Source of the DNA: an uncultured bacterium | Lineage (GTDB): Bacteria; Verrucomicrobiota; Kiritimatiellia; PWTM01 | DNA length: 64,000 nucleotides | Direction: 5' to 3' | Assembly: GCA_938010045.1 (NCBI GenBank) | Contig: CALLFZ010000036.1 | Coordinates: 38,801-102,800 of the forward strand | Part shown: in pieces, positions 28,269-37,969 of the stretch | Numbering within the stretch: position 1 is the stretch's first letter | How the letters are laid out: every line of letters begins with the position of its first letter | Position numbers and translations under genes: made by a program | Notes under the pieces: generated by a model | The model's database searches: none | Told to the model about the DNA's origin: nothing | Seen by the model: only the letters and a program-made list of their open reading frames with translations

Positions 28269-30326
28269 ATGAGCGTTGGTTCCCTCCGAGTACCGGTCTT
28301 CTCTCTGGCGGCCCTCCTAGGTTCGAACCTGACGGCCTTGCCCAGCGTCTCGCTGGTCCACGCTCCCGATGCGCCACCGGCAGTGGGCCACGGTGCGGAG
28401 ATCCGCCGTACGGAACACGGCGGCTGGCGCGTGATGCCACAACCCAGGGCACGCTATCCGGGCATTGCGTGGCAGCCCTCAGTTCCTTGGAACCTTGCCG
28501 CGCGTTCCGCGCTGGTCGCGCGGGTCGTGAACGTCTCGGATGGATCCATCCGCGTCTCGTTGCGGCTTGACGACCTCTCCACCGCGGTCGGCCCCTCGAC
28601 GCTTCAGCACCGGATCGTACTCGCCCCCGGAACCACGGGCGAAATTGCCGTGATCTTCACGACGCGCCCCTATGACACCGCCCATCCCACCCGACTGATC
28701 GGCATGCGTGGATGGCCGGGGCAGTGGACGATCGACCGTTCACGACTTACCCGCTGTCTCATTTTTGGTGAGGCACGGACGAACGCGGTCTTCGAAGTGC
28801 TGGACGTTGTGGTGGCGGGCAATCTGCGGCTAATCGCTACGAACCGTCTCTTGCCGTTCATTGACCGATTTGGACAGTTCATTCATGCGGAGTGGCCGGG
28901 CAAGGTTCGGGACGATTCGGATCTGCGGGCCAACCTTGAACGGGAGCGGGCGGAGCTGGCGCGCCATGCGCCACCGCCGGACCGCGACGAATGGGGGGCA
29001 TGGCTGGGTGGGCCGCAGTTGGCGACGGGTCGCTTTTTCCGTGTGGAGCGCCACGGCGGCCGGTGGTGGTTGGTGGCGCCGTCCGGCCGGTTGTTCTGGT
29101 CGCTCGGGGTCAACTGCGTGCGCGCCGACTCCGCAACGCCGATCAGCGACCGCGAGAGCTACTTTGCGGAACTGCCGCCACCCCACAGCGTCTTCGCGCG
29201 GTTCTACGGCCGCAGTGGAGGGGCACCCCACGGCGGGTACACCAACCGGGCCAACCGCTCCTTCGATTTCGCGGGCGCGAATCTGCTGAGGAAATACGGC
29301 GAAAACTGGACCCACGACTGGGTGGACGTCGCGCTCGACCGTTTGCGGAGCTGGGGCTGGACGACGGTCGCGAACTGGTCGGAGGTATCCGTGGGCCAGC
29401 GCCGCCGCCTGCCGTACACCTACAATGCGCACTTCGCTTCCCCGGCGATCGAGGCGACGAAAAGCGATCGGGGGGCGTTTCCCGATCCGTTCGCCGCAGG
29501 GTTTCGCGACGGCATCCGCCGCGCGATGGAGACAGCGCGCCAGGATGGTTCGGTCGGCGATCCGTGGTGCCTCGGGTTTTTCGTGCACAATGAGCTCCGA
29601 TGGGGACGCGCGGGGGAGCTGGGCGCAGCGGTGCTGCGGTCACCGGCCGCGCAGCCCGCGCGCACGGCGGCGGTCGCGCGGCTACGCGCGCGCTATGGCG
29701 GCGATCTCGCACGCCTGAATTCCGCCTGGGAGACGTCGTTCGAAGATTGGGATCGTTTGGCTCCTCCAGCCCATCCCAGCGACGTCGTCGCGAAGGATCT
29801 GAACGATCTCACCGAGATGATTGCCTCGGAGTATTTCCGTGTGATTTCGGAGGAGGTTCGGCGCGCGGCACCGGGTCAACTCTACCTTGGATGCCGCTTC
29901 GCCTGGGCCACGGACGCCGTGATTCGGGCTGCGGCCGCGCACGGCGACGTCCTCAGCTTCAACAAGTACACATGGACGCTGGACGACTTCAGGCTGCCGG
30001 AGGGTGTAGACCGGCCGGTGATCATTGGCGAGTTTCACTTCGGCGCGCTCGACCGCGGAATGTTCCACCCGGGACTGCGGGCGGCGGCGGATCAACGGGA
30101 TCGAGCGGCGAAGTTCACCGCGTATGTCGAGAGTGGCCTGCGTCACCCCAACATTGTGGGCGTGCACTGGTTCCAGTACCGGGATCAGCCGACGACTGGC
30201 CGCAGCGATGGCGAAAACTACCAGGTGGGGCTGGTGGACATCTGCGACACTCCGTATCCGGAGATGGTGGACGCGGCCCGCGCCCTCGCCGCGGCGCTCT
30301 ACCAACGGCGCGCAAGCGGACGCTGA
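28269..30326 (+). CDS. secreted clan GH-A-like (beta/alpha)8 glycoside hydrolase (GH5/GH42/agarase-like)
   Basis: Signal peptide MSVGSLRVPVFSLAALLGSNLTALPSVSLVHA. Then RFFRVERHGGRWWLVAPSGRLFWSLGVNCV, FFVHNELRW (NE acid/base-like) and VIIGEFHFGA (GE nucleophile-like). Confidence 0.5.
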   Translation: MSVGSLRVPVFSLAALLGSNLTALPSVSLVHAPDAPPAVGHGAEIRRTEHGGWRVMPQPRARYPGIAWQPSVPWNLAARSALVARVVNVSDGSIRVSLRLDDLSTAVGPSTLQHRIVLAPGTTGEIAVIFTTRPYDTAHPTRLIGMRGWPGQWTIDRSRLTRCLIFGEARTNAVFEVLDVVVAGNLRLIATNRLLPFIDRFGQFIHAEWPGKVRDDSDLRANLERERAELARHAPPPDRDEWGAWLGGPQLATGRFFRVERHGGRWWLVAPSGRLFWSLGVNCVRADSATPISDRESYFAELPPPHSVFARFYGRSGGAPHGGYTNRANRSFDFAGANLLRKYGENWTHDWVDVALDRLRSWGWTTVANWSEVSVGQRRRLPYTYNAHFASPAIEATKSDRGAFPDPFAAGFRDGIRRAMETARQDGSVGDPWCLGFFVHNELRWGRAGELGAAVLRSPAAQPARTAAVARLRARYGGDLARLNSAWETSFEDWDRLAPPAHPSDVVAKDLNDLTEMIASEYFRVISEEVRRAAPGQLYLGCRFAWATDAVIRAAAAHGDVLSFNKYTWTLDDFRLPEGVDRPVIIGEFHFGALDRGMFHPGLRAAADQRDRAAKFTAYVESGLRHPNIVGVHWFQYRDQPTTGRSDGENYQVGLVDICDTPYPEMVDAARALAAALYQRRASGR

Positions 30327-30341
30327 CGGAGTCGCGCACTC

Positions 30342-31061
30342 TCAGCCCGCGCGCAGCAACTGTTCCTCGGCCTCCTGCACCGCCTCCAGCATCTGGCCGG
30401 CGTTTGCGGCCGAGCGAAGTCGCGCGAGCAGGTCGGTGTGGTGGCAGAGGGCACCCACGCGCGCGAGCACCGGCAGATGGAGACGGGGGTCGTCGAGCGC
30501 GAGCAGGAAGAAAATGTCCGTGAGCTCCCCATCCGGCGCGCCAAAGGGCACCGGCTGACGCGTGCGCGCGAGCAGGACGAACGACTCCGCAAACAACCAT
30601 TCACGGTGGTGTTCGGGGTGCGGCACCGCGACGCCGCCGGGGAGTGCCGTCGAGCCGAGCGCTTCGCGCGCCTCGAGCGCGGCGAGCAGACCCTGAGGAT
30701 CCGAGACCAAGCCTGTGCGCTCCGCGAAGGCGCTCAGTTCGCGGAGCACCGAGGCGCGGGTTCGGGCGTCGAGCGCCGGCTCAATTCGCGCGGCGCCGAT
30801 CAGGTTCGTCACTCGCAGCGTCGCATCGCCGCGCTCAGCCCGGCGCTGCTGCACGCCGCGGTCGAGAGCGCGCACGCGCGGCGGCGGTAGACCGATCACT
30901 CGCCGCGAGGCCCAACGATCCAGCTCGGCGCGCCGGAAGACGACGCGCGAGCCCGCTCGCTCGTACGGGATTTCGCCGGCCCGGATGAGTTCGCGGACCT
31001 CGTCCTCCGAGACGTGCAGATACTCCGCCGTCTCACGAATGCCGAACGTTCGGTGTGGCAT
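30342..31061 (-). CDS. HTH (excisionase/MerR-type) domain fused to a PTS EIIA type-2 (PtsN-like) domain; putative regulator
   Basis: N-terminus IRETAEYLHVSEDEVRELIRAGEIPYERAGSRVVF (HTH_17-like). C-terminus GGVAVPHPEHHREWLFAESFVLLARTRQPVPFGAPDGELTDIFFLLALDDPRLHL (EIIA-2 fold with the conserved His). Confidence 0.55.
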   Translation of the reverse strand: MPHRTFGIRETAEYLHVSEDEVRELIRAGEIPYERAGSRVVFRRAELDRWASRRVIGLPPPRVRALDRGVQQRRAERGDATLRVTNLIGAARIEPALDARTRASVLRELSAFAERTGLVSDPQGLLAALEAREALGSTALPGGVAVPHPEHHREWLFAESFVLLARTRQPVPFGAPDGELTDIFFLLALDDPRLHLPVLARVGALCHHTDLLARLRSAANAGQMLEAVQEAEEQLLRAG

Positions 31062-31312
31062 GTGCCGGTCTGACGCGCGCCGCGTGTTTCATCATATCAC
31101 GGCGGATCCCTCACTGACGCTCCGACCCAACGGTGATGGGCGCATGTTCGAGAGGGGGCGCGCGCGGGCCGAGGCTCGCCCCTCGTTCCATGTCTTCGGG
31201 ACTGCGCTGAAAGTGCGGGCGCACCATACCGTGGCCGTCCGGCCTCGGTCCTGCCGAGGTTGCACGGGCAAGGGCCGACCGGCCTGCCACAGCAAGCTGT
31301 GCGGCGGTGCGG

Positions 31313-32239
31313 TCAGGCGGTGCTCATGGGCTGCCGTGTCACGACGACCGCCGTAGCCGCCACGATCAGGGCGCCGCCGATCAAGCTCCATACCGTTGGC
31401 CGCTCGCCGATGAGCAACGCCGAAAGCACTGTGGCCAGAACCGGCTTTAGAAAGAATGTCATCGCGGCGCGCGAAGCGGGCAGTTGCCGCATGCCATGAA
31501 AGTAGGCGCCGTACCCCACCGCCGTAGCCAGAAGCGCGAGATACAGGATGGCCTGCCAGTGGTGCGCGGCCGTGATCCGCCACGGCGGGCCGTCATGCAG
31601 CCAGGTGATCGGCAGCAGCCCCACCGCGCCCATGAGGAACGAGCCCGCCGCGACCGTCATCGGATCGCGACGCGACATCGCCTTTTTCGAGAGCAGCGTG
31701 TAGATCGCGAAGGCCATCATCGAGGAGAGCATCAGCGCAACTCCGCCCATCGCGGGTCGGTTGAGGCCTCCGTGTCCGACCAGGAAACACACCGTCCCCG
31801 CCGCGGCGAGTCCGAGCGCCAGCGCATGACCGCGACTGACCCGCTCGCCGAGCACGCCCGGTGCGAGCAGGGCGACGATCACGGGATGCCCGCTGAACAG
31901 GATCGCGGCCTGGTGCGCCGGCATCCGCGCGACCGCCGCGTGATAGAGACCAATGCCGAGCGTCACGCCGATCAGTCCCAGTCCGGCCCACTGAATCACA
32001 TCCTGGCGCTCGACCACCCGCCGTTCCCGTGCGGCTGCGAGCCACGCGGCGGGCAGTAGCGCGACTCCGCCAAGGAAGAAGCGCCAAAACGCAAGCTGGA
32101 GCGGTGGCCGAACGGGGGAGATCGCCTTCGCAACCACCTCGATCGTGCTGAAGAGCGCGACCGCGCAGACGAGCCACGCGAAGCCGAGCCATTCCCGCCT
32201 GCTCGGTTTGGCGCGCACGCGCAGCGCCTCAGAGGCCAT
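31313..32239 (-). CDS. EamA/DMT-family transporter
   Basis: Ten hydrophobic segments forming two EamA halves; start MASEAL. Confidence 0.65.
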   Translation of the reverse strand: MASEALRVRAKPSRREWLGFAWLVCAVALFSTIEVVAKAISPVRPPLQLAFWRFFLGGVALLPAAWLAAARERRVVERQDVIQWAGLGLIGVTLGIGLYHAAVARMPAHQAAILFSGHPVIVALLAPGVLGERVSRGHALALGLAAAGTVCFLVGHGGLNRPAMGGVALMLSSMMAFAIYTLLSKKAMSRRDPMTVAAGSFLMGAVGLLPITWLHDGPPWRITAAHHWQAILYLALLATAVGYGAYFHGMRQLPASRAAMTFFLKPVLATVLSALLIGERPTVWSLIGGALIVAATAVVVTRQPMSTA

Positions 32240-34733
32240 TGCCGTTCGCATCCGCGATGCGGATCGGCACCGGCGTCGTCTGCCAGATCTCCTGCGCGTA
32301 TTCGCGCACGGCGCGGTCGCTCGAGAACCATCCCATCCGCGCCACGTTCAACAGCGCGCGCCGGCTCCATTCCTCCGGCTGCCGCCACAACTCCGAGACG
32401 CGCTGCTGGCAATCGGCATAGGCGCGGAAGTCCGCGATGTGGAAATAGCGGTCACCAGCCTCGACAAGCTGCTGCCACAACTCGATGAACAAATCCGGTA
32501 GCTCGGGAATGAACTCATTCCTCCGGATCGCCTCGACGACGCGCGCAAGCTCGGTGTCCTGCGCCAGATACTCCGCCGGCCGGTACCGCCCGCTGTCCCG
32601 CAGCTCCGCGATCTCCTCGGCGCGCAGCCCGAAGATGAAGATATTCTCGAGACCCACCGACTCTGCGATTTCGATGTTCGCGCCGTCCCATGTGCCGATC
32701 GTCAGCGCGCCGTTCAGCGCCAGTTTCATGTTGCCGGTGCCCGAGGCCTCCATGCCGGCCGTCGAAATCTGCTCAGAGAGATCGGCGGCCGGGATGATCG
32801 TCTCGGCGAGCGAAACGCGGTAATCCGGCAGGAACACGACCTTTAGCCGGCCCGCGACGTCGGGGTCGCGGTTGACCATGCGCGCGACGCTGTTGATCAG
32901 TTTGATGATCCGCTTCGCAATGTGGTAGCTCGGTGCCGCCTTGGCGCCGAACACAAAGACCCGGGGCACGATGTCGAGATCGGGCCGATCCTTGAGCCGG
33001 TGAAACAGCGCGATGATGTGCATCGCGTTGAGGAGCTGCCGCTTGTACTCGTGCAAGCGTTTCACCTGCACATCGAACATCGAGTCGGGATCCACTGTCT
33101 CACCGCAGAGGCGGCGGATCAGCGAGGCGAGACGCTGTTTATTGCGGCGCTTAATCGCGCGGAATCGCTCCCGAAACGCGGCGTCGTCACCGAATGGCTC
33201 CAGTTCGCGCAGTGTTTCGGGGTCGCGCACCCAGCCCTCGCCGATCGCCTCCGTGATCAGGGCGGCCAGCTCCGGATTGCACGAGAGCAGCCAGCGGCGA
33301 TGGTTGATGCCGTTGGTCTTGTTGTTAAAGCGCTCGGGCCACATCTCGACGAAGTGCGGGAGCAGCCGACGCTTCAGCAGTTCGGTGTGAAGCGTAGACA
33401 CCCCATTGACCGAATGGCTGCCGGCGACCGCGAGGTTCGTCATTCGCACCTGTTTCGGCGACGACTCCTCGATCATCGAGATCTCCCGCACTTTCGCAAG
33501 GTCGCCGGGGAACCGTGCCTCGACCTTCTGCAAGACGCGCGCGTTGATGTCGTAGATGATCTGGAGATGCCGAGGCAGCACACGCTCGAGGAGGTCCACG
33601 GGCCACTTTTCGAGCGCCTCGGGCAGCAGCGTGTGGTTCGTGTAGGCGAAGGTCTTTGTCGTGATGTCCCAGGCCGTCTCCCACGGCAGGTCGGTCTCAT
33701 CGAGGAAATAGCGCATCAGCTCCGCCACCGCGAGAGCCGGATGCGTGTCGTTCATGTGGATCGCGTTCTTCTTCGGGAACAGCGACCAGTCGCTGTGGTT
33801 TTTCAGATATCGACGGATCAGGTCACGGATCGAGCACGTGACCAGAAAATACTCCTGAATCAGCCGTAGTTCCTTACCCGCGTAGACGAAGTCCGAAGGA
33901 TAGAGGACCTTCGTGATCGTCTCGGCCCAGTTCTCGCTCTCGACCGCCTTCACATACTCGCCGCGGTTGAATACGTCGAGCCGAAATCCCTCTGAGGCGC
34001 GGGAGGCCCAGAGTCGCAGTAAGTTCGCCGTCTTGCAGCCGTGGCCGATTACGGCGATGTCGTGGGGTACGCCTTCGATCATCTGCCAGTCGGTCCACAC
34101 ATACCGTTCGCGGCCGCCCGGTCCCGGCACCCGGCGGACCCGTCCGTACAGCAGCACCGGCACGGTATATTCCGGCCGCACGGCCTCCCACGGGGTGCCA
34201 TACTTCAGCCAGTCGTCGGGCTTTTCCACCTGCCAACCGTCATCGAACTCCTGCTTGAAGATGCCATGCTCGTAGCGCAGGCCATAGCCGTAACCCGGCA
34301 GTTCGAGGGAGGCCATGGACTCCAGGTAGCACGCCGCCAGCCGGCCGAGGCCGCCGTTGCCGAGCCCCGCATCGGGCTCAAGTTCACAGAGCTGGTCGAG
34401 ATCCAGATCCAGAGAGGCCAGGGCCTCGCGCGCTTCATCGATCGCACCGAGTGCTTGCAGGTTGTGGCGCAGCAGGCGGCCGATCAGGTACTCCATCGAA
34501 AGGTAGTACACCCGCTTCACGTCGCGGTCGAGATACGTGCGCTGCGTCACGATCATCCGCGTGGCCGCGAGATCGCGCGTCACGTGGCAGAGCGCCATCA
34601 ACTTGTCGAACGGAGTCGCGGTTCGCCAGTCCTTGTAGCACGTGTACTTGATGTGCCCCAGGAAGCGCTCGCGAATCTGTTCCGCGGTCACCGTCGTGAC
34701 CGCGTCCTGCAGATGAATCTCATTCGCCGTCAT
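32229..34733 (-). CDS. glgP: alpha-glucan (glycogen) phosphorylase
   Basis: EASGTGNMKLALNGALTIGTWDGANIE (PLP-Lys site), YLSMEYLIGRLL and WVRDPE. Start is uncertain: MTANEIHLQ at 34733, with alternatives at 34817 and 34871. Confidence 0.85.
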   Translation of the reverse strand: MTANEIHLQDAVTTVTAEQIRERFLGHIKYTCYKDWRTATPFDKLMALCHVTRDLAATRMIVTQRTYLDRDVKRVYYLSMEYLIGRLLRHNLQALGAIDEAREALASLDLDLDQLCELEPDAGLGNGGLGRLAACYLESMASLELPGYGYGLRYEHGIFKQEFDDGWQVEKPDDWLKYGTPWEAVRPEYTVPVLLYGRVRRVPGPGGRERYVWTDWQMIEGVPHDIAVIGHGCKTANLLRLWASRASEGFRLDVFNRGEYVKAVESENWAETITKVLYPSDFVYAGKELRLIQEYFLVTCSIRDLIRRYLKNHSDWSLFPKKNAIHMNDTHPALAVAELMRYFLDETDLPWETAWDITTKTFAYTNHTLLPEALEKWPVDLLERVLPRHLQIIYDINARVLQKVEARFPGDLAKVREISMIEESSPKQVRMTNLAVAGSHSVNGVSTLHTELLKRRLLPHFVEMWPERFNNKTNGINHRRWLLSCNPELAALITEAIGEGWVRDPETLRELEPFGDDAAFRERFRAIKRRNKQRLASLIRRLCGETVDPDSMFDVQVKRLHEYKRQLLNAMHIIALFHRLKDRPDLDIVPRVFVFGAKAAPSYHIAKRIIKLINSVARMVNRDPDVAGRLKVVFLPDYRVSLAETIIPAADLSEQISTAGMEASGTGNMKLALNGALTIGTWDGANIEIAESVGLENIFIFGLRAEEIAELRDSGRYRPAEYLAQDTELARVVEAIRRNEFIPELPDLFIELWQQLVEAGDRYFHIADFRAYADCQQRVSELWRQPEEWSRRALLNVARMGWFSSDRAVREYAQEIWQTTPVPIRIADANGNGL

Positions 34734-34902
34734 CGTTGGGCTGGCCTTGTGGACCGCATACGGTGCCCCGACGGCGTCCTCAACGCAAGCCGGCCGGCTC
34801 GGAGAGGCGTACGACATGTCCAGGGATTGAGGCACAACGAGCGCAGAAACCCGGGACGCCCCAGCTGACACCCCACGTCCCCGCCCTCCGCGCTGCCGTG
34901 GC

Positions 34903-35466
34903 CTACGGCGGCGGCGCGGCCGACGTCTCGTCTCTGTTCCGACGTTCCTTCTCGCTGCGGATTTTTTCGCTCGTTTCGAGCAGGGCCGCCCACTTCACAG
35001 GGTCGCGCGCGAGCAATTCCAGTGTCTTCGCCGAGGCGCTAACCGCCACCACGCGATGACCCGAGGTGATCCTCACCACATAGCCTTCCACGCGACTACC
35101 GCCCTCGACCCGCATCCATGTGCCATACTCGGATACCGATGCCGTCAGCTCCTTCGAAGTTTTTTGCACCTCAATGAGCTTGGCCGGCTCCAGTTCGATC
35201 GGCTCGCGTCCCTCGTCAAAAATCCACAACTGTCCGCTTCGGTTGCTCTTCGCGAGGAAAAACCACTCCAGCGTCGCGCGTCCGGCCGCACCCATGCCGC
35301 GAACCTGGATGCTGATCGAGACGGACCGCGTATAGTCCCGCGCGTGCGTCCCCCACGAGGGCGCGACCACCTGCGAGCCACGCGCCGTGGACACCCGGCT
35401 GACCTTCAGATACGCCTGCGGCTCCTGCGCCCACACACAGAACGCCACGGCCGCCAGCAAAGCCAT
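34903..35466 (-). CDS. exported hypothetical protein
   Basis: Signal peptide MALLAAVAFCVWAQEP; no recognisable domain. Confidence 0.35.
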   Translation of the reverse strand: MALLAAVAFCVWAQEPQAYLKVSRVSTARGSQVVAPSWGTHARDYTRSVSISIQVRGMGAAGRATLEWFFLAKSNRSGQLWIFDEGREPIELEPAKLIEVQKTSKELTASVSEYGTWMRVEGGSRVEGYVVRITSGHRVVAVSASAKTLELLARDPVKWAALLETSEKIRSEKERRNRDETSAAPPP

Positions 35467-36555
35467 GACCCACAGCCTACTTGTCGCCCCCACCCTGCTG
35501 CCAGCCGTGCTCATACTGTTGCCCCGCTAGACCACCGCAGGCCCAGTGGCCACATGATAGCCGCCACGGAAACGTCCGGCAATCCAAAAACCTTCGGCCG
35601 CGCCACCGCCCCAGCTTCTTCACCGCCTTCAGCGCCGTCGGCACGCCGACCTACCTCGTGGCCCAGCTTCTCGATCCAGAGTGTCGCCCGTCACGATGGT
35701 CACCCCGCCGCTGCAGAAGGATGGGGACCGCGTTCAGAGCCCAGCTCATTGAATGGAGGCGGATGTTCTCCTTGCGATCCACTTCCCGCATGGCCCAGAA
35801 CGACGCCTGTCGCAGTCGGTGTTTGAGTCGCCGCGCGGTGTCATCATTCCGGCATTCTCTTCGTGGCGCGTTCCTCCAAGGTTCCCGCAAGATCTCGGGG
35901 CCGCCACTGAGAGAATCACGCCCCGACCGCCCGCCTACCGCACGCGATTGTCGAACGTCGACATGTTCAACGATGCCACTGGCCAAAGAGTCTCCCAATG
36001 CCGGCCGAAGCCTGCGCGAGGAGCTGCGCACCGCCTCAATTCGGTTCGGGAACGAACGGCGGGATTCACCGAACGACAGCGCAGGGAAGAACTCGTGTGA
36101 TACCGTGCCAACCGTATCGCCGCCACCCCCTCGTGTCCGGACGCTCGCCGCGCCCGCTGCTACCGGTCGAGGAAGTCAGGCTCACAAAGGGATACGTTTT
36201 CCGTGGCGCTCAGACTCGTCGCGCGACCACGTTCGTACCTTCTTTGAACTCACGTCCCAATTCTCACAGGAATCGTGGAACACACACTCACGCTGAGACC
36301 GCAGCCAAAGCCGGCCGCCGCGTGCACTGTCTGCCTGCCCACTGCCCTGGCGGCGCCGGGTCCGGTCATACCCAACCTCGACCGGATCACCGCGCGGGAG
36401 TGAATGCTGCGAGAAACTATGCCGATGGCGGCACCCGCGCGTTGGCAGTGCCACGACTCACGACCTCTTCCGCTCATCCCAACCTGAGCGCCCCGAGAGA
36501 CAGCGAAAGCTCGATCTTGACGCCCAACCTCTCAAACTTGATCATGAACAGCAGC

Positions 36556-36629
36556 TGCCGGATGGTGTAATGGTAGCACAGCAGACTCTGGATCTGTTTG
36601 TCTAGGTTCGAATCCTAGTCCGGCAACCA
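36556..36629 (+). tRNA. tRNA-Gln (anticodon CTG)
   Basis: Acceptor stem TGCCGGA/TCCGGCA, D-arm GTGT-AATGGTA-GCAC, anticodon stem-loop GCAGA-CTCTGGA-TCTGT (U33, CTG at 34-36), T-arm CTAGG-TTCGAAT-CCTAG, discriminator A, and an encoded CCA. Confidence 0.8.
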
Positions 36630-36649
36630 CCGTTCCACGAAGTATCGCG

Positions 36650-37741
36650 TCACGCGACACGCAGCGGCATAATCACATACAGAAACGCCTCATCCGCCTT
36701 CAGGACGCCCGGCGTGTCGACATCCGAAATCTCGAAATAGACTTCGTCCGAAACGAGTGTTTTTAGCGGGTCCATCAGAAAATCAGGATTGAACGGGATT
36801 GTCAGCGCCGGGCCGTTGTACTTCACGGGCACCACCTCGCGGGCCTCGCCGACATCAGCAGACTCGCAGAACACCTCCATTTGCCCATCGCTAAAACGGA
36901 GCTGAACAGAATTGCTCGTATCGCTGGTCACAAGCGATACGCGCCGCAGCGCGTTCAGGAATCCCTCCCGACTGAGGGTCACACGGTTGCCGGTGCGCTT
37001 GGGTATCACCTGGCGATAGTTCGGGAACTTCCCTTCGACTTGCGAACTGAACAACATCACGTTGCCGCCGTCCAGCGCCATCTGCTTCCCGACCGCCATC
37101 AACACCACGGAACCTTCACCATCAAGAATACTGATCATTTCTGAAGCGGTACGCGCCGGCACGATCAACGACGCTTCCCGGCGGTCGCCTTCCACTTCCT
37201 GTTCAACCAACGCCAGCCGCCGTCCATCCGTTGCGACCGCCGTCACGCGCGACTCCGAAATTTCGATCAGCACCCCGCTGAGCACCTCACGCGAGAGGTC
37301 CTTCGAGGTGGCATAGACCGTTCGCTGCAACATGCCGCGCAGCGCCCGCCGGTCCAGCGTGCACGACACCGCCCCCTCTAGCTTCGGCGTAACCGGGAAG
37401 TCCTCGGCCGAGATTCCATTCAGGCGAAAACGGACCGCATCGGACACCAGCGTCGCAGAATGCCGTTCGTCCGACGAAATCTGAATCTCCTCCCCCGGCA
37501 TTTCCCGGACGATTGGCAGTAAGCGCTTCGCCTCGAGCGTTGTAGCGCCCTCTTCCGTGATCGTGGCCGCCACGCTTGCGCGGATGGTCATCTTCATGTC
37601 GCTGCCGGTGAGCGTCAGGGTTTGTCCTCGACTCTCGATGAGGACGTTGGAGAGAACCGGCAACGTGGAACGGCTCGCGATCGCGGGGAGAACCGTTTGG
37701 AGTGCCTGCAAGAAATCGGTTCGTGCGACGGTGAGTTTCAT
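36650..37741 (-). CDS. dnaN: DNA polymerase III beta sliding clamp
   Basis: MKLTVARTDFLQALQTVLPAIASRSTLPVLSNVLIE, three-domain clamp architecture, C-terminal MPLRVA. Confidence 0.9.
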   Translation of the reverse strand: MKLTVARTDFLQALQTVLPAIASRSTLPVLSNVLIESRGQTLTLTGSDMKMTIRASVAATITEEGATTLEAKRLLPIVREMPGEEIQISSDERHSATLVSDAVRFRLNGISAEDFPVTPKLEGAVSCTLDRRALRGMLQRTVYATSKDLSREVLSGVLIEISESRVTAVATDGRRLALVEQEVEGDRREASLIVPARTASEMISILDGEGSVVLMAVGKQMALDGGNVMLFSSQVEGKFPNYRQVIPKRTGNRVTLSREGFLNALRRVSLVTSDTSNSVQLRFSDGQMEVFCESADVGEAREVVPVKYNGPALTIPFNPDFLMDPLKTLVSDEVYFEISDVDTPGVLKADEAFLYVIMPLRVA

Positions 37742-37969
37742 TAACCGGATCTCCTGATATTCATAAATGAAGTTTGAAAGTCCACCGTAGTATGGTCGTG
37801 AATTTCGTGGCTGGCAAGCGGGCGTTGGCTTGAAAAAGCGGCTATTTTTCGCGATGGCATGGGGGCAATCCGCTGTGAATGGAGCTGTGGAAAAGCGTCG
37901 TCGGCTCCGCCGGGATCGTTCACGATCGCGTTGGATGCGTCGGAATCCACAGAAGGATTCACAGGTTGT

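Noticed and set aside
36556-36629. Integrated element at tRNA-Gln
   Set aside because: dnaN starts 20 nt after the tRNA 3' end. No integrase, direct repeat of the tRNA 3' half, or foreign-looking genes seen on either side.
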